A program made the position numbers and the translations under genes. DNA of 64,000 bases from IMG/VR virus record IMGVR_UViG_3300026484_000110, one strand, 5' to 3'. Shown here piece by piece: positions 61,729-64,000 of this stretch. The notes under the pieces were generated by a model. That model had not been told where the DNA came from and made no database searches. It saw nothing but the letters and a program-made list of their open reading frames with translations. Within the stretch, counting starts at the first letter, position 1, and each line of letters starts with the position of its first letter. This stretch comes from a virus.

Positions 61729-63744
61729 ATGGATATTCTTAGTAAGTATGGAGTAGAAAATACCACAATAGGTTTCGAATCATTAATAAAACCTCAACTA
61801 GATGACTGGTTTAGTGTTTTTTTATTGGATTGGGTAAATAAAGTAAGAGGAAAAATAAAATCTAGTAAAAAAATGGAAGACACATTTAAAGAATTAGAGG
61901 ATAACATAGAAAAAAGATTTGGAATACCGGTAAAATGTAGATTGGCTAATCTAGATGATTTTGGTACAATTACTATAGGTGTTTTAGCTGATTCTTTAGA
62001 TAAAGGATTAGTACCAGGTGAAGTTATTAAAGAGTGGAGTAAAGGGGATAAAACAATTAAATATGTGATGGAAATGTATAAAGAATTAAAGAAACTAAAT
62101 TTAGAAATAGATTTTGATAAAGCGGTTATAAAAGGTCTTAAGAAAGATATGAAATCTTTATTGTTCATAGGTAAAAATCTTTTTAATGCTCCTACTGTAT
62201 CTGCTGAAGAATACGTAGCAATTATACTGCATGAAATAGGGCATATGTTTACTTTTATAGAAGTACAGGGTAGAGCTGTTAGAAATACTACTGAATTACT
62301 AGAAGCTATAATTTTATATAAATCAGGAAAGCCTGATAAAGCTATGAAAAATGTTTATAAAATTACTAATTCTAAACCAGATGATGATAAAGTAAACGTG
62401 ATGTATAACTTAATTAATAAGTTTAATAACTCTATTTTACCAGTTACACAGCAATTAGGTAATCCTGAAGGTATGTTTTCTGATTCTGAAGTTTTGGCGG
62501 ATAGTTTTGCTGTTAAATTTGGTTTTGGTAAATATCTAGCTACCGCTTTATCAGATTTTTATAAATCTTATAATTTTAAAAGAGAATATTTAAAATTAAT
62601 TTTTAACAATCTAATTAAACTTATTGGAAGTGTTTTATTAGCTTCTAGCGTTGGCATAACTATAATTAGTGGTTTTGGACAAATTGTAATAGGAGCATTG
62701 TTGATTATATTCTTAGACATGGTCTTCTTAATGCTTACAGCTAATACTTATAGAACATATGATAAATTACACGAACGTCTTGAAAAAATGAAACTAGAAA
62801 TGATACGAATGTTACGTACTTATAATTTAGATAAAAAATATGTGAAAAAAATAATATCCGATATTGAAGATGTTGATTTTATTGTAAAAAAAGTATTTGA
62901 AGAAAGATCATTTAGAGGCTTCATACTAGCAGCTAGTAATATATTAAATATGGGACTAGAGTTAAATAATGAGAAACAAGTTAAATTATTAATAAGGAAG
63001 TTAATAGATAATGATTTACATTATTTGTCTGCAAAACTAGAAGTAGGTAATGAAGAATTTGTATATAAACTACCTGATAATAGAATTTATGAAATACTGA
63101 ACGATGAAGATAAAAATTCAGTATCTGAGAAATTAAATAACGTTTTAAAAGATTTGGGTGTAGCTATAGACTTTGAAGATAGACAGATAATTACCGAAGA
63201 ATATATAGTATTAAATAGTGGTTATTTTTCAATAGCTCTGACTAATAAAGAAACCAATGAAGTAATTATTATAACAGTAGACGGAATGAAAAATAAATGG
63301 TTATCTATGAATCCATATATTAAGTTATTAGATGTTATAAAGATACCAATTAATGAAATTAAAAACATATATATAATTAGAACTGAAAAGTTAAATACAT
63401 TTCAAACATTATCTAAAGAAGAAAAGGAAGAATTAAATAAGGTAATAAGTGAAATAGAATCCATAAGAAATAAAATATTCGATGATTTTGGCTCATTACG
63501 TATAGATAAGATGTTACCTATGTTTATTAATTATATAGAAGAAAAAGATTTACCTAGTGAGATAAAAGATCAATTTGAAGTTTTATTAGAAATGACTAAA
63601 ACACTTAATTTAACAGAAGATGATGATGTAGTTCTCGATATACACGGAGGTAATTTTGCTATAAATAGGGATAATAAAATTGTAATTTTAGATCCAGTTT
63701 ATAATCGTAGAGAGTATGGTAAGTTAGTACCTAATGATTACTAG
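61729..63744 (+). CDS. Putative head protein: HEXXH domain fused to a C-terminal kinase-like domain
   Basis: IGFE propeptide motif; ILHEIGH...EVLADSFA; internal VGNE; then LNSGYFSIA and DIHGGNF...ILDP. Confidence 0.65.
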   Translation: MDILSKYGVENTTIGFESLIKPQLDDWFSVFLLDWVNKVRGKIKSSKKMEDTFKELEDNIEKRFGIPVKCRLANLDDFGTITIGVLADSLDKGLVPGEVIKEWSKGDKTIKYVMEMYKELKKLNLEIDFDKAVIKGLKKDMKSLLFIGKNLFNAPTVSAEEYVAIILHEIGHMFTFIEVQGRAVRNTTELLEAIILYKSGKPDKAMKNVYKITNSKPDDDKVNVMYNLINKFNNSILPVTQQLGNPEGMFSDSEVLADSFAVKFGFGKYLATALSDFYKSYNFKREYLKLIFNNLIKLIGSVLLASSVGITIISGFGQIVIGALLIIFLDMVFLMLTANTYRTYDKLHERLEKMKLEMIRMLRTYNLDKKYVKKIISDIEDVDFIVKKVFEERSFRGFILAASNILNMGLELNNEKQVKLLIRKLIDNDLHYLSAKLEVGNEEFVYKLPDNRIYEILNDEDKNSVSEKLNNVLKDLGVAIDFEDRQIITEEYIVLNSGYFSIALTNKETNEVIIITVDGMKNKWLSMNPYIKLLDVIKIPINEIKNIYIIRTEKLNTFQTLSKEEKEELNKVISEIESIRNKIFDDFGSLRIDKMLPMFINYIEEKDLPSEIKDQFEVLLEMTKTLNLTEDDDVVLDIHGGNFAINRDNKIVILDPVYNRREYGKLVPNDY

Positions 63745-63819
63745 GAGGCAAACTCCTGGTAATCTAAATATTTTTACTTATATATTATTTAGAGGATAAA
63801 AACAATAAAGGAGTCTAAA

Positions 63820-64000
63820 ATGAAGAATATTGTGTATGAAATTGTCCTAACAAAAACATTAGCCAATAAGTTTAGAACAGAATTGTATATTAACAGACCT
63901 AATGATGGATTTCAGTTATTGTTAAATTACTGGGAGGATTATAACGTTTACGAGGTAGTAGAAAAAGCTCTTATTGATTATTTAGATTTAGTTGTCCTAA
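63820..64000 (+). CDS. Hypothetical protein, truncated by the window end
   Basis: Promoter motif at 63779; AAGGAGTCTAAAATG; open to the end. Confidence 0.6.
   Translation, partial: MKNIVYEIVLTKTLANKFRTELYINRPNDGFQLLLNYWEDYNVYEVVEKALIDYLDLVVL

Noticed and set aside
1-64000. Alternative genetic code (stop recoding)
   Set aside because: Genes are full length and densely packed under the standard code; the breaks in RNAP genes are explained by introns.

Overview
AT-rich 64-kb segment of a phiKZ-related jumbo phage genome (phiKZ gene numbers below are recalled, not aligned). It carries virion-type RNA polymerase beta and beta' subunits, a non-virion-type beta' N-terminal subunit, the large terminase, a tape-measure-like protein, spike and PAAR baseplate genes, NrdA, RNase H, SbcC/Rad50, RuvC, RecJ, MYG1, two lytic transglycosylases and a spanin-like pair. 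Main finding: three group I introns sit in RNAP genes. Two are in tandem inside the catalytic NGDFDGD motif of the non-virion beta' gene, separated by a 9-nt micro-exon (TTCGACGGT = F-D-G), so each of the three catalytic aspartates lies on a different exon. The first of these carries an HNH endonuclease looped out of P1, with a hairpin that hides its ribosome-binding site. Other candidates: a putative head protein fusing an HEXXH domain to a T7 gp0.7-like kinase domain across a G-x-E protease site; an ORF-free, ~700-nt structured region beside the terminase; a 36-aa micro-ORF with a clamp-binding QLNLF motif; a tail protein with C-type-lectin EPN/WND-like motifs; and two recurrent promoter-like motifs. 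All calls come from reading motifs by eye; no searches or folding were run.
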